From positions 123,270-187,269 of the forward strand of contig DATGLG010000012.1 of NCBI GenBank assembly GCA_035294245.1: 64,000 bases of DNA, in the 5' to 3' direction. Position 1 is the stretch's first letter. The number at the start of each line of letters is the position of its first letter. A model generated the notes under the pieces. That model was not told where the DNA came from, did no database searches, and saw nothing but the letters and a program-made list of their open reading frames with translations. This document shows, piece after piece, positions 1 through 9,921 of the stretch. Source of the DNA: Alphaproteobacteria bacterium. Its GTDB lineage: Bacteria; Pseudomonadota; Alphaproteobacteria; JACZXZ01. A program made the position numbers and the translations under genes.

Positions 1-1511
1 CGGACGACGCCGCCCATATCGTCACCCAGCTCGAGCAGCGCAATATCCCCTACGAGCTCCACGATAACGGGAGCCAGATCTTCATCCCGGCGACCCAGGT
101 GCCGCAGATCCGCATGGCGCTGGCCGAGGCCGGCCTGCCGCGTGGCGGCGTGGTCGGCTACGAGATCTTCGACAAGCCCGAATCCCTCGGCACCTCCAAC
201 TTCGTGCGCGACATCAACCGCCTTCGCGCCCTCGAGGGCGAGCTGTCGCGCACCATCACCTCGATCGACGGCATCAAGACGGCGCGGGTGCATCTGGTGC
301 TGCCGCGCCGGGAGCTGTTCAGCCGCGAGCAGCAGGAGCCGAGCGCCTCGATCGCCCTTTCGCTCAGGGGGTCGACGCGGCTCACGCCGGGCCAGGTCTC
401 GGCGATCGAGCATCTGGTCGCCTCCGCGGTTCCCGGCCTGAGGACCTCGCGCATCTCGATCGTCGACGATCGCGGGACCCTGCTCGCCCGCGGCGCCGGC
501 GACGGCGATGATGCCGCCGCTGCGGCGGCCACGGCGGACGAGCGCCGCCGCGCCTTCGAGGACCAGCTCCGGCGCAAGATCATCGCGATCCTCGAGCCCA
601 TCGTCGGCGCCGATCACGTGCGCGCCGAGGTCACCGCCGATATGGACTTCGACCGCGTGTCCACCAGCTCGGAGGAATACGATCCCAACAGCCAGGTCGC
701 CCGCTCCACCCAGACGGTCACGGAGAACAACAACAGCAACGACAGCCAGGGCCAGCAGCCGGTCACGGTGCAGTCGAACATCCCCGGCACGCCCTCGCCG
801 AGCAACCAGCAGAACGAGCGCAGCAGCACCAATTCCGCGCGCAACGAGGAGACGACCAATTACGAGATCTCGAAGACGGTGAAGAGCCTCGTTCGCGAGG
901 GAGGCCAAATCCGCCGCCTCTCCGTCGCGGTCATGGTGGACGGCAGCTACCCCGTCGACGCCTCGGGCAAGCACGTCTACCAGCCCCGCACCAAGGCGGA
1001 GCTCGACCAGCTGACGTCTCTCGTCGATTCCGCGATCGGCTACGACCAGAAGCGCGGCGACCGCGTCGAGCTCATCAATATGCGCTTCGCCAATCCCGAC
1101 GACCTCGAGCAGCCGGCGCCGACGGGCCTGCTCTTCGGGCTGTTCTCGCCGAGCGAGCTCTACCGCATCGCCCAGGTGCTGGTGCTGGCCCTGGTCTCGG
1201 TCCTGCTGCTCCTCTTCGTCATCCGCCCGCTCCTCTCGCGGCTGCTGGAGGCGACCAAATCGATCGCCGCGACGCCGCTCGCCCAGCGCGCGCTCAGCGA
1301 CCAGAGTGGCGGCCCCGCGCCGGCCCTCGCGCCTCCAACGCCCGGCGCAGCACCGCAGCCGACCCCGGAAGAGCTCGAGTCGATGATCGATATCGGCCAG
1401 GTGGAGGGGCGCGTCCGCCAGTCCTCGATCAAGAAAGTGGGGCAGATCGTGGAGAAGCATCCCGAAGAGGCCATCGCCATCCTGAGAAGCTGGATGGTGC
1501 AGGAAAGCTAG
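1..1511 (+). CDS. fliF: Flagellar M-ring protein FliF (5' end cut by window edge)
   Basis: Frame 3 is open from nt 3 (DDAAHIVTQLEQRNIPYEL...) into track ORF 99..1511. It has the YscJ/FliF-type motif IDGIKTARVHLVLPRRELF, a Ser/Asn/Gln-rich middle, a C-terminal TM helix (VLVLALVSVLLLLFVI) and a cytoplasmic tail. It is followed directly by fliG. Confidence 0.9.
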   Translation, partial: DDAAHIVTQLEQRNIPYELHDNGSQIFIPATQVPQIRMALAEAGLPRGGVVGYEIFDKPESLGTSNFVRDINRLRALEGELSRTITSIDGIKTARVHLVLPRRELFSREQQEPSASIALSLRGSTRLTPGQVSAIEHLVASAVPGLRTSRISIVDDRGTLLARGAGDGDDAAAAAATADERRRAFEDQLRRKIIAILEPIVGADHVRAEVTADMDFDRVSTSSEEYDPNSQVARSTQTVTENNNSNDSQGQQPVTVQSNIPGTPSPSNQQNERSSTNSARNEETTNYEISKTVKSLVREGGQIRRLSVAVMVDGSYPVDASGKHVYQPRTKAELDQLTSLVDSAIGYDQKRGDRVELINMRFANPDDLEQPAPTGLLFGLFSPSELYRIAQVLVLALVSVLLLLFVIRPLLSRLLEATKSIAATPLAQRALSDQSGGPAPALAPPTPGAAPQPTPEELESMIDIGQVEGRVRQSSIKKVGQIVEKHPEEAIAILRSWMVQES

Positions 1512-1535
1512 GGCACGACGCAGGAGAACGCCGAC

Positions 1536-2564
1536 ATGCCCGCACCGACACGCGTCCGCGACGACTACAAGGCCTTGAGCGGCCCCGAGAAGGCCGCGGT
1601 GATGATGCTCGCCATGGGCGAGGACAACGCCGCTAAGCTCTTCGCCCTCATGGACGAGGAGGAGATCCGCGAGATCTCCACCTGCATGGCCAATCTCGGC
1701 ACCGTGAGCTCCAACGTCGTCGAGCGGCTCTTCGTCGAGTTCGCCGACATGATCTCGTCGACCGGCACCCTGATGGGCACTCTCGAAAGCACGGAGCGCC
1801 TTCTCATGAAGGTGCTCGATAAGGAGCGGGTCAGCTCGATCATGGAGGAGATCCGCGGCCCCGCCGGCCGCACCATGTGGGACAAGCTCGCCAACGTGAA
1901 CGAGATGGTGCTCGCCTCCTACCTGAAGAACGAGTATCCGCAGACGGTCGCGGTCATTCTCTCGAAAATCCGTCCCGAGCACGCCGCGCGCGTGCTCTCC
2001 AATCTGCCCGACAACTTCACCATGGAAGTCATCATGCGCATGCTGCGCATGGAGGCGGTGCAGAAGGATGTGCTCGACGACGTCGAGCGCACGCTCAGGA
2101 CCGAGTTCATGAGCAACCTCGCGCGCACCAACCGCCGCGATGCTCACGAGGTCATGGCGGAGATCTTCAACAACCTGGACCGCAACACCGAGAACCGCTT
2201 TCTCTCGGCCCTCGAGGAGCGCAACAAGGACGCCGCCGAGCGCATCCGCGCCCTCATGTTCACCTTCGAGGATCTCGGCGACCTCGATCCGGCCAGCGTG
2301 CAGACGCTGCTTCGCAACGTGGAGAAGGAGAAGCTCGCGCTGGCGCTCAAGGGCGCTTCCCAGGCGATGCGCGATCTCTTCCTCGGCAACATGTCGGAGC
2401 GCGCCGGGAAGCTCCTCAGGGAGGACATGGAAGCGATGGGGCCGGTGCGCCTCAGGGACGTGGACGAAGCGCAGCTCGCCATGGTCAACCTCGCCAAGGA
2501 GCTGGCGGCCAAGGGCGAGATCGTGATCTCGGACAACAAGGAGGACGACGAGCTCGTCTACTGA
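1536..2564 (+). CDS. fliG: Flagellar motor switch protein FliG
   Basis: 342 aa. N-terminus is [21 protein letters not shown], the middle has [11 protein letters not shown], and the C-terminal torque region has MFTFEDL...LALALKGAS. Length and position after fliF are typical. Confidence 0.95.
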   Translation: MPAPTRVRDDYKALSGPEKAAVMMLAMGEDNAAKLFALMDEEEIREISTCMANLGTVSSNVVERLFVEFADMISSTGTLMGTLESTERLLMKVLDKERVSSIMEEIRGPAGRTMWDKLANVNEMVLASYLKNEYPQTVAVILSKIRPEHAARVLSNLPDNFTMEVIMRMLRMEAVQKDVLDDVERTLRTEFMSNLARTNRRDAHEVMAEIFNNLDRNTENRFLSALEERNKDAAERIRALMFTFEDLGDLDPASVQTLLRNVEKEKLALALKGASQAMRDLFLGNMSERAGKLLREDMEAMGPVRLRDVDEAQLAMVNLAKELAAKGEIVISDNKEDDELVY

Positions 2565-2579
2565 CGGGAGCGGGAAACG

Positions 2580-3266
2580 ATGGCCGCCGTCACCAAATTC
2601 CTTTTCGATACCGCCTTCGACCGCCCCTCGGCGGCGGACGACGCCGCCTGCGATCCCCGCGACGCCGAGCGGCGGCGCATCGAGGGCGAGCTCGCGGCGG
2701 CGCGCGCCATGGCCCATGCCGACGGGCTCGAGGAGGGGCGCCGCGCCGGGCGCGCCGAGGCGCTGGCCGAGATCGAAGCCCAGGCGGCGCGCGCCCTCGA
2801 AGCCGCGGCGCAGGCGCTCACGGCGCTCGGCCGAAGCGAGGCGCAACGGGCGGAGGCAACGATCGCCGCAGGCCTCGAGCTCGCGGCGGCAGTCATGCGC
2901 AAGGCGCTCCCCGAGCTGGCGCGCCGCCACGGCCTCGCCGAAATCGAGGCGGTGGTCGCCGATTGCCTAACCCAGCTCACCGACGAGCCGCGCATCGTCA
3001 TTCGCGTGCGGGATTCGCTCCTGGATGCGTTGCAGCAGAAGGCGCAGGCCTTGGCGCGCAGCACCGGATTCGCCGGCCGCCTGGTGATGGTGGCCGACCC
3101 CGCCCTCGGCGACAGCGACTGCCGCGTCGAATGGGCGGACGGCGGCGTCGTGCGCAATCTCGCGCGCCTGACCGCCGAGCTCGACGAGGCCCTGGCCCGC
3201 GCCCTCGGCAAGTCCGAGCCGGAACCACCGGCGACGTCGCCCCCGGCCCCTTCCGGCCATCCCTAG
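2580..3266 (+). CDS. fliH: Flagellar assembly protein FliH (FlbE-like)
   Basis: 228 aa. It has an Ala/Glu/Arg-rich coiled-coil N-half and a conserved C-half (PRIVIRV...LGDSDCRVEWADGGV). It sits between fliG and fliN, where fliH is normally found. The assignment rests partly on position. Confidence 0.7.
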   Translation: MAAVTKFLFDTAFDRPSAADDAACDPRDAERRRIEGELAAARAMAHADGLEEGRRAGRAEALAEIEAQAARALEAAAQALTALGRSEAQRAEATIAAGLELAAAVMRKALPELARRHGLAEIEAVVADCLTQLTDEPRIVIRVRDSLLDALQQKAQALARSTGFAGRLVMVADPALGDSDCRVEWADGGVVRNLARLTAELDEALARALGKSEPEPPATSPPAPSGHP

Positions 3267-3275
3267 GAGAACGCC

Positions 3276-3620
3276 ATGTCCGAAGACAACCTCAATCTCA
3301 AGGAACTGGACGCCGCCGCGGCGCCGAAAGCGGAGGAGCAGGGCGGCGCCGACAACCGCCAGCCGCATACGGCGAAGGAGCTCGAAGCCGTCTACGACAT
3401 TCCCGTCCAGGTCTCGGCCGTCCTCGGCCGCTCGACGATGCAGGTCAGCCAACTCCTCAAGCTCGGGCGCGGCGCCGTGGTCGAGCTCGACCGCAAGGTC
3501 GGCGAGGCCATCGACATCTACGTCAACAACCGGCTGATCGCGCGCGGCGAGGTGGTGGTCGTCGACGAGCGCCTCGGGGTCACCATGACCGAGATCATCA
3601 AGATGGACCGCTCGGCCTGA
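3276..3620 (+). CDS. fliN: Flagellar motor switch protein FliN
   Basis: 114 aa with a SpoA/FliN C-terminal domain: IPVQVSAVLGRSTMQVSQLLKLGRGAVVELDRKVGEAIDIYVNNRLIARGEVVVVDERLGVTMTEI. Confidence 0.9.
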   Translation: MSEDNLNLKELDAAAAPKAEEQGGADNRQPHTAKELEAVYDIPVQVSAVLGRSTMQVSQLLKLGRGAVVELDRKVGEAIDIYVNNRLIARGEVVVVDERLGVTMTEIIKMDRSA

Positions 3621-3633
3621 GGATCGCGGCGTC

Positions 3634-4491
3634 ATGGCGAAAACCCTCCCGCATGTGCAGCGCTTTCCGGCCCGCCCGGTCCCGGCGGGCGGGATGCCGG
3701 CTGTCGCGCGGCGCCGCCTCGACCTCGGCAGTCTGGCCGGGCTCGTTCTCGGCTTCGGCCTGCTGGCTGCGGCGATCGCCACGGGGAGCTCGCTTGCGGC
3801 CTTCCTCAACCTGCCGGGCCTGCTGATCGTGCTCGGCGGCACGCTCTCCATCGTCACCATGTCCTTCTCGCTCGGCGAGACAATGCGAGCGCTGCGCCTC
3901 GTCCCGAGCGCCATCGCCCATGCGCAGCAGGATGCCGGAGATGCGGCCGCGCATATGCTGAGGCTCGCGCAGGTGGCGCGCCAGTCGAACCTGATCGGGC
4001 TCGAGAAGGAGCTTCGGCGGCTGCGCCCCGAGCCCTTCCTGCACAAGGCCATCACCATGGCCTGCGAGGGAGCGCCCGGCGACACCATCGAGGCCGTCAT
4101 GCGCCGCGAGCTCGATGCGACGCGGGCGCGGCTGATGCGCTCGGTCGCCGTGCTCCGCCGCGCCGCCGAGGTGGCACCCGCCATGGGCCTGATCGGCACG
4201 CTGATCGGGCTGGTGCAGATGCTCGGCCGGCTGCACGAGCCGAACGCCATCGGCCCGGCCATGGCGATCGCGCTTCTCGGAACGCTCTACGGCGCCGTGC
4301 TCGCCCACATGGTCTTCAATCCGCTGGCGACCAAGCTCGAGCGCAACTCGAACGAGGACTGCCTCGTCAAGACGATCTACGTCCTCGGCGCGGGCGCGAT
4401 CGGCCGCTACGAGCATCCCCGCCGCCTGGAGCGGACCCTCAATGCCTTGCTGCCGCCTTCCAAGCGCGTGCGGCATTTCGACGAAATCTGA
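3634..4491 (+). CDS. motA: Flagellar stator protein MotA (MotA/TolQ/ExbB proton-channel family)
   Basis: 285 aa with multiple TM helices and the channel signature APAMGLIGTLIGLVQML...ALLGTLYGAVLAH. No motB follows. The start is uncertain, with an alternative ATG at 3694. Confidence 0.85.
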   Translation: MAKTLPHVQRFPARPVPAGGMPAVARRRLDLGSLAGLVLGFGLLAAAIATGSSLAAFLNLPGLLIVLGGTLSIVTMSFSLGETMRALRLVPSAIAHAQQDAGDAAAHMLRLAQVARQSNLIGLEKELRRLRPEPFLHKAITMACEGAPGDTIEAVMRRELDATRARLMRSVAVLRRAAEVAPAMGLIGTLIGLVQMLGRLHEPNAIGPAMAIALLGTLYGAVLAHMVFNPLATKLERNSNEDCLVKTIYVLGAGAIGRYEHPRRLERTLNALLPPSKRVRHFDEI

Positions 4492-4508
4492 CGGGAATGG
4501 AGTAACCC

Positions 4509-5885
4509 ATGCGGCTTCTGATCATCGGCTCTCTCGACGGCTATATCGGCGCCGCCGGCAAGATCGCGCTCGCGCGGGGCGCGAAGGTCGCGCATGCGAA
4601 CGACGTCGAGATGGGGCTCGCCGCCATCCGCGCGGGGCAAGGCGCCGAGCTGGTGATGGTCGACGTGAAGCAGGACCTTCGCCGCTTCATCGACAATCTG
4701 CGGATGGAGCGCATCAACGTCCCGGTGGTGGCCTGCGGCATCGGCACCGACGCTGGCGCCGCCGTCGCGGCGATCAAGGCCGGCGCCAAGGAATACATCC
4801 CGCTGCCGCCGGACGAGGAGCTCATCGCCGCGGTGCTCGAAGCGGTCACCGAGGAGAGCCATGCCATCATCCATCGCGACCCCGCCACCGCCGCCGTCCT
4901 CGAGCTCGCCGACCGCATCGCCGATTCGGATGCGACCGTGCTGATTACCGGCGAGTCCGGCACGGGCAAGGAGCTGATGGCGCGCTACCTGCACCGCCGC
5001 AGCCGGCGTGCCAATCAGCGCTTCGTATCGGTGAATTGCGCGGCGATCCCCGAGAATCTCCTTGAATCCGAGCTGTTCGGCCACGAGAAGGGCGCCTTCA
5101 CCGGGGCCGTGGCGCGGCGCGTCGGCAAGTTCGAGGAAGCCAATGGCGGCACGCTCCTCCTCGACGAGATCAGCGAGATGGATCCGCGCCTCCAGGCCAA
5201 GCTGCTGCGCGCCATACAGGAGCGCGAGATCGATCGCGTCGGCGGCACGCAGCCGGTCAAGGTCGACATCCGGCTGATCGCGACGACGAACCGCGACCTG
5301 CTCCAGGAGGTGCGCAAGGGCGCCTTCCGCGAGGACCTCTATTACCGGCTGAACGTCGTCACCCTCAAGCTCCCGGCCCTGCGCGACCGGCCCCTCGACA
5401 TCGAGCCGATCGCCGAGCATTTCGTCCGCAAATACGCGGAAGCGAACGGCCTGCCCGTCCACCCCCTCTCTCGCGAGGCGCGCGAGCTTCTCTTCCGGCA
5501 CCGCTGGCCCGGCAACGTGCGCGAGCTCGAGAACACCATGCACCGTGCCGTGCTCTTCGCGAGAGGCGGGACGATCGGCGCCGAAGCCATCACGATCCTC
5601 GCCGAGCTTTCCACCGCCAAGGGCGCGCCGGGCGACTCTCCCCCTGCGAGCTCCTCGACGGCGAGCGCCACCGGGCCGGGCGTCTCGACCCTGGTGGGGC
5701 GCACCGTCGCGGATGTCGAGCGCGACCTCATCATCGAGACGCTCAGCCACTGCCTTGGCAATCGCACCCATGCCGCGAACATCCTCGGCATCTCGATCCG
5801 CACGCTGCGCAACAAGCTGAAGCAATATAGCGAGGAAGGTGTCGCCGTGCCGATGCCCGGCGAAGCCGATCGGGCGATCGCCTGA
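4509..5885 (+). CDS. flbD: Sigma-54-dependent flagellar response regulator FlbD
   Basis: 458 aa. The receiver-like N-domain closely resembles Caulobacter FlbD as I recall it (MRLL..G.L.G...VPVVACG...[22 protein letters not shown]). It has an AAA+ sigma-54 interaction domain ([23 protein letters not shown]) and a C-terminal Fis-type HTH ([17 protein letters not shown]). Confidence 0.9.
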   Translation: MRLLIIGSLDGYIGAAGKIALARGAKVAHANDVEMGLAAIRAGQGAELVMVDVKQDLRRFIDNLRMERINVPVVACGIGTDAGAAVAAIKAGAKEYIPLPPDEELIAAVLEAVTEESHAIIHRDPATAAVLELADRIADSDATVLITGESGTGKELMARYLHRRSRRANQRFVSVNCAAIPENLLESELFGHEKGAFTGAVARRVGKFEEANGGTLLLDEISEMDPRLQAKLLRAIQEREIDRVGGTQPVKVDIRLIATTNRDLLQEVRKGAFREDLYYRLNVVTLKLPALRDRPLDIEPIAEHFVRKYAEANGLPVHPLSREARELLFRHRWPGNVRELENTMHRAVLFARGGTIGAEAITILAELSTAKGAPGDSPPASSSTASATGPGVSTLVGRTVADVERDLIIETLSHCLGNRTHAANILGISIRTLRNKLKQYSEEGVAVPMPGEADRAIA

Positions 5886-5914
5886 GTCCCGGCGGCTCGC
5901 GAACCCAGCGCGTC

Positions 5915-8071
5915 ATGGCAGACACCGCCTCCACGGCCCCAGGCCCCGCCTCGCCCGCCGGCGCCGCTCAGCCCGGAAGCGGGACGGCGCTCGCAGCCGG
6001 GCTCGACCGCCTCGCCGGCCCCTTGCGCCAAGCGCTCGGCCAGACCGACATGGCGCTGGCGCTCGGCCTCGTCGCCATCCTCGTCGTCCTCATCCTACCG
6101 ATGCCCCGCTGGCTGCTGGACATCAGCCTCGCCATCTCGATCACCTTCTCGGTGCTGATCCTGATGACGTCGATCCTGATTAGTCGCCCCCTCGACTTCA
6201 GCTCGTTCCCGACCGTTCTCCTCATCGCCACTATGCTGCGATTGGCGCTCAACCTGGCGTCGACGCGCCTCATTCTCTCTCATGGGCACGAGGGCACGGA
6301 CGCCGCCGGCCACGTCATCCAGGCCTTCGGCAATTTCGTGATGGGCGGGAACTTCCTCATCGGCATCATCGTCTTCTCCATCCTGGTGATCGTGAACTTC
6401 GTGGTGATCACCAAGGGCTCGGGGCGCATCGCCGAGGTGTCGGCGCGCTTCAGCCTGGATTCGATGCCCGGCAAGCAGATGGCGATCGACGCCGATCTCT
6501 CGGCGGGCCTGATCGACGAGGCGGGCGCGCGCAAGCGGCGCAAGATGCTCGAGGACGAGAGCACCTTCTTCGGCTCGATGGACGGCGCCGCGAAATTCGT
6601 GCGCGGCGACGCGGTGGCCGGCCTCTTGATCACCTTCATCAACATCGTCGGCGGCATCATCATCGGCGTGGCGCAGAACGGGCTCAGCTTCGCCCAGGCG
6701 ACCCACACCTACACGCTGCTCACCGTCGGCGACGGCCTCGTCTCCCAGATCCCGGCGCTCATCGTCTCGACCGCGGCGGGCCTCATCGTCTCCAAGTCCG
6801 GCGCCGTGGGCTCGGCGGACAAGGAGCTCTTCGGCCAGCTCGGCGGCTACCCCAAGGCCCTCGGCATGAGCTCCTTCCTCACCGGCTGCCTGGCGCTCCT
6901 GCCCGGCGTGCCGATGGTGCCGTTCCTTCTCCTCGCGGGCACCACCGGTGGCGCCGCCTGGCTGCTCGTCCGCCGCCGCGCGGAGGAGGCGCAACGGAAG
7001 AGCAAGGAGGAGGCCGGCAAGGCGGCGAGTGCCGCCGAGGAGCCGATCTCGACGGCTCTCAAGCTCGATCACATCCGCATCGAGCTCGGCTACGGCCTCA
7101 TCCCGCTCATCAACAACGCGAGCGGCCATCGCCTCACCGATCAGATCAAGGCGCTCCGTCGCCAGCTCGCGAGCGAGATGGGTTTCGTCCTCCCGGCGGT
7201 GCGCATCCAGGACAACATGCAGCTCGGCGCCAACGGCTATGTCGTGCGGATCAAGGAGGTCGAGGTCGGGCGCGGCGAGCTCAAGCCGGGCATGCTCCTC
7301 GTCATGGACCCGCGCGGCGACAAGATCGCGCTGCCCGGCGACGAGACGACCGAGCCGACCTTCGGCCTGCCCGCCATGTGGGTGGCGGAAGGCTATCGCG
7401 AAGAGGCCATGTTCAAGGGCTATACGGTCGTCGATCCGCCGACGGTGCTGACGACCCACCTCACCGAGGCCGTGAAGAGCTATATGGCCGAGCTGCTCTC
7501 CTATGCCGAGACCCAGAAGCTCCTCGACGAGCTGGACAAGGAGCAGCACAAGCTCGTCTCCGACATCATCCCGAGCCAGATCAGCGTCGGCGCCGTGCAG
7601 CGCGTCCTGCAGAACCTGCTGCACGAGCGCGTCTCGATCCGTGACCTGCCGACCATTCTCGAAGGCATCGCCGAGGTCAGCGCCCATACCCGCAACGTCT
7701 CGGTGCTCACCGAGCATGTCCGCTCGCGCCTGGCGCGCCAGATCAGCGAGCAGGCGACCTCGGAGAATGGCTATATCCCGCTCGTCACCCTCTCGCCGGA
7801 ATGGGAGCAGAGCTTCGCCGAGGCCATCACCGGCCAGGGCGAGGAGCGCCAGCTCGCCATGGCGCCGAGCCGGCTCCAGCAGTTCATCGCCGGCGTTCGG
7901 CAGACCCTCGAGCGCTTCGCGATGCTCGGCGAGACGGCGGTCCTCCTGACGAGCCCGCCGATCCGCCCCTTCGTGCGATCGATCATGGATCGCGTGCGCC
8001 CCCTGACGATGGTCATGTCTCAGAACGAGATCCATCCGAAGGCGCGCATCAAGACCCTGGGCCAGGTCTAG
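5915..8071 (+). CDS. flhA: Flagellar type III export gate protein FlhA
   Basis: 718 aa of the FHIPEP family. The TM N-half has FPTVLLIATMLRLALNLASTRLIL and KGSGRIAEVSARFSLDSMPGKQMAIDADL. The cytoplasmic C-half has LSYAETQKLLDEL and VQRVLQNLLHERVSIRDL. Confidence 0.95.
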   Translation: MADTASTAPGPASPAGAAQPGSGTALAAGLDRLAGPLRQALGQTDMALALGLVAILVVLILPMPRWLLDISLAISITFSVLILMTSILISRPLDFSSFPTVLLIATMLRLALNLASTRLILSHGHEGTDAAGHVIQAFGNFVMGGNFLIGIIVFSILVIVNFVVITKGSGRIAEVSARFSLDSMPGKQMAIDADLSAGLIDEAGARKRRKMLEDESTFFGSMDGAAKFVRGDAVAGLLITFINIVGGIIIGVAQNGLSFAQATHTYTLLTVGDGLVSQIPALIVSTAAGLIVSKSGAVGSADKELFGQLGGYPKALGMSSFLTGCLALLPGVPMVPFLLLAGTTGGAAWLLVRRRAEEAQRKSKEEAGKAASAAEEPISTALKLDHIRIELGYGLIPLINNASGHRLTDQIKALRRQLASEMGFVLPAVRIQDNMQLGANGYVVRIKEVEVGRGELKPGMLLVMDPRGDKIALPGDETTEPTFGLPAMWVAEGYREEAMFKGYTVVDPPTVLTTHLTEAVKSYMAELLSYAETQKLLDELDKEQHKLVSDIIPSQISVGAVQRVLQNLLHERVSIRDLPTILEGIAEVSAHTRNVSVLTEHVRSRLARQISEQATSENGYIPLVTLSPEWEQSFAEAITGQGEERQLAMAPSRLQQFIAGVRQTLERFAMLGETAVLLTSPPIRPFVRSIMDRVRPLTMVMSQNEIHPKARIKTLGQV

Positions 8072-8087
8072 GAGGCGAAGGTCAGCC

Positions 8088-9110
8088 ATGCGCCTGCGCT
8101 CCTTCACCGCCCCGACCGTCGCCCAGGCGATGCGGCTGGTCCGCGCGGAGCTGGGTCCGGACGCCATCATCGTCTCGACCCAGGCGGAGGGCGGGGGTCC
8201 CGCCCGCGTCACCGCCGCCATCGAGCCCGCCGCACCTGCGGGCGACCCCGCCCCGGCGGGCATCGCCGCCGGCAAGGCGGCGACCGAGGGCTCCGCGGAG
8301 CAGGCCCTGCGCGCGATCCGCAACGGCTTCGAGTTCCATGGCGTCCCCGCCGTGCTGTCCCAGCGGCTCTGTGGGCTCGCCGGCGATGCCCTCGACGAGG
8401 GAAGCGCCAAGGGCGAGCCGCTCTGGGCCCTCGCCGCCTCGCTCGACCGGCGCTTCCGCTTCGCGCCGCTCGCCAATCCCGGGGACCGCGCCCGCGCCAT
8501 CGCGCTCATCGGCCCGCCGGGTGCGGGCAAGACGACGAGCGTCGCCAAGCTCGCCGCGCGCGCCGTGCTGGCGGGTCGGCGCCTCACGGTGATCAGCACC
8601 GACACGGTTCGCGCCGGCGGCGTCGAGCAGCTCGCGAGCGTAACCCGCATCCTCAAGCTCGAGGTTCAGGTGGCCGAGGACCCCGGCGCCCTCGCCGACG
8701 CCGTGCGCGCCGCCGCCGAGACGGGCGGCGTGCTGATCGATACGGCCGGCGCCAATCCTTATGACGAGGGCGAGATGCAGCGGCTCAAGACGCTCGTCAC
8801 CGCCGCCAAGATCGAGGGCGTTCTGGTGCTCCCCGCCGGGGGCGATCCCCTCGAGGCGGCCGAAGCCGCCGCCGCCTTCGCCGACGCCGGCGCCAGCCGC
8901 CTGCTCGTCGCCCGGCTCGATGCGGCGCGCCGCCTCGGAAGCGTGCTCACCGCCGTCGAAGCCGGCAAGCTCGCCTTCTCCGAGGTGGGCACGACCCCGC
9001 ATATCGCCGACGGCCTCAAGCCTCTCAACCCGATCTCCCTCGCCCGCCTTCTCCTCGGCGAGCTCATCAGCGACTCCCAGTCCCAGGAACCCCTCAAGGC
9101 CGTGTCATGA
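8088..9110 (+). CDS. flhF: Flagellar biosynthesis GTPase FlhF
   Basis: 340 aa with an SRP-type G domain (LIGPPGAGKTTSVAKLAA, LIDTAGANP). It has the usual position after flhA, and its stop overlaps the next start (ATGA at 9107-9110). Confidence 0.85.
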   Translation: MRLRSFTAPTVAQAMRLVRAELGPDAIIVSTQAEGGGPARVTAAIEPAAPAGDPAPAGIAAGKAATEGSAEQALRAIRNGFEFHGVPAVLSQRLCGLAGDALDEGSAKGEPLWALAASLDRRFRFAPLANPGDRARAIALIGPPGAGKTTSVAKLAARAVLAGRRLTVISTDTVRAGGVEQLASVTRILKLEVQVAEDPGALADAVRAAAETGGVLIDTAGANPYDEGEMQRLKTLVTAAKIEGVLVLPAGGDPLEAAEAAAAFADAGASRLLVARLDAARRLGSVLTAVEAGKLAFSEVGTTPHIADGLKPLNPISLARLLLGELISDSQSQEPLKAVS

Positions 9111-9901
9111 CCGCCGCAGCATCCCTCACGCGCCCCGCTATCCGGCCCCTCGCGGGCGGCCGCAACCTGGTCGCCATCGCCTCGGGCAAGGGCGGCGTGG
9201 GCAAGACCTGGTTCGCCATCACCCTCGCCCACGCCTTGGCGCGCGCTGGCGATCGCGTGCTCCTCTTCGACGGCGATCTCGGCCTCGCCAATGTCGACAT
9301 CCAGCTCGGCCTTACCCCGGAGCGCGACCTGGGCAGCGTGATCGCCGGTCGCGCGAGCCTCGCCGCCGCCGCCATTCCCGTCCCGGATGTCGGCTTTGAC
9401 GTCATCGCCGGCCAATCAGGCTCCACCTCCCTCGCCGCTTTGCCGCGGGAGCAGCTCCGCGCCCTCAGCGAAGACCTGGCGGCCCTCGGCGAGCGCTATG
9501 ACCGCGTCATTCTCGACCTCGGAGCCGGCATCGAGGAAACGGTCCGCACCCTCGCGACCCGGGCGCGGCTCTGCCTCGTCGTGACCACCGACGAGCCGAC
9601 GGCGCTCACCGACGCCTATGCCTTCATCAAGCTCATGACGCGGGACCACACCGCCGCCGACCTGCGCATCGTCGTCAACCAAGTGGCCTCGCCCGCCGCC
9701 GGCGAGCGGACCTATGCGACCTTGCGCAAGGCCTGCGAGGGCTTCCTCAAGCTTTCGCCGCCGCTCGCCGGCGTGGTGCGGCACGACCGCCGCGTCGGCG
9801 ACAGCATCCGCTTGCAGACCTCGCTGCTGACGCGTTTCCCGGGGAGCGAGGCCGCCGCGGATGTGGAGGCCGTGGCCCGCCGCCTGTTTTCCCCCGGCTA
9901 A
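9107..9901 (+). CDS. flhG: MinD/ParA-type flagellar number regulator FlhG (MotR/FleN-like)
   Basis: 264 aa with a deviant Walker A (IASGKGGVGKTWF) and a Walker B region (VILDLGAG). It is translationally coupled to flhF. Confidence 0.85.
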   Translation: MTAAASLTRPAIRPLAGGRNLVAIASGKGGVGKTWFAITLAHALARAGDRVLLFDGDLGLANVDIQLGLTPERDLGSVIAGRASLAAAAIPVPDVGFDVIAGQSGSTSLAALPREQLRALSEDLAALGERYDRVILDLGAGIEETVRTLATRARLCLVVTTDEPTALTDAYAFIKLMTRDHTAADLRIVVNQVASPAAGERTYATLRKACEGFLKLSPPLAGVVRHDRRVGDSIRLQTSLLTRFPGSEAAADVEAVARRLFSPG

Positions 9902-9921
9902 GTCCATAGAGGAGGCTGGCC

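Noticed and set aside
1877-3826. 649-aa plus-strand ORF spanning fliG-fliH-fliN-motA in another frame
   Set aside because: It is an extremely Arg/Gly/Pro/Ala-rich out-of-frame read-through of four well-supported genes.
6095-8656. 853-aa minus-strand ORF across flhA/flhF
   Set aside because: It is antisense to clear FlhA and FlhF coding sequence and has a low-complexity Arg/Ala/Gly composition. It is a GC artefact.
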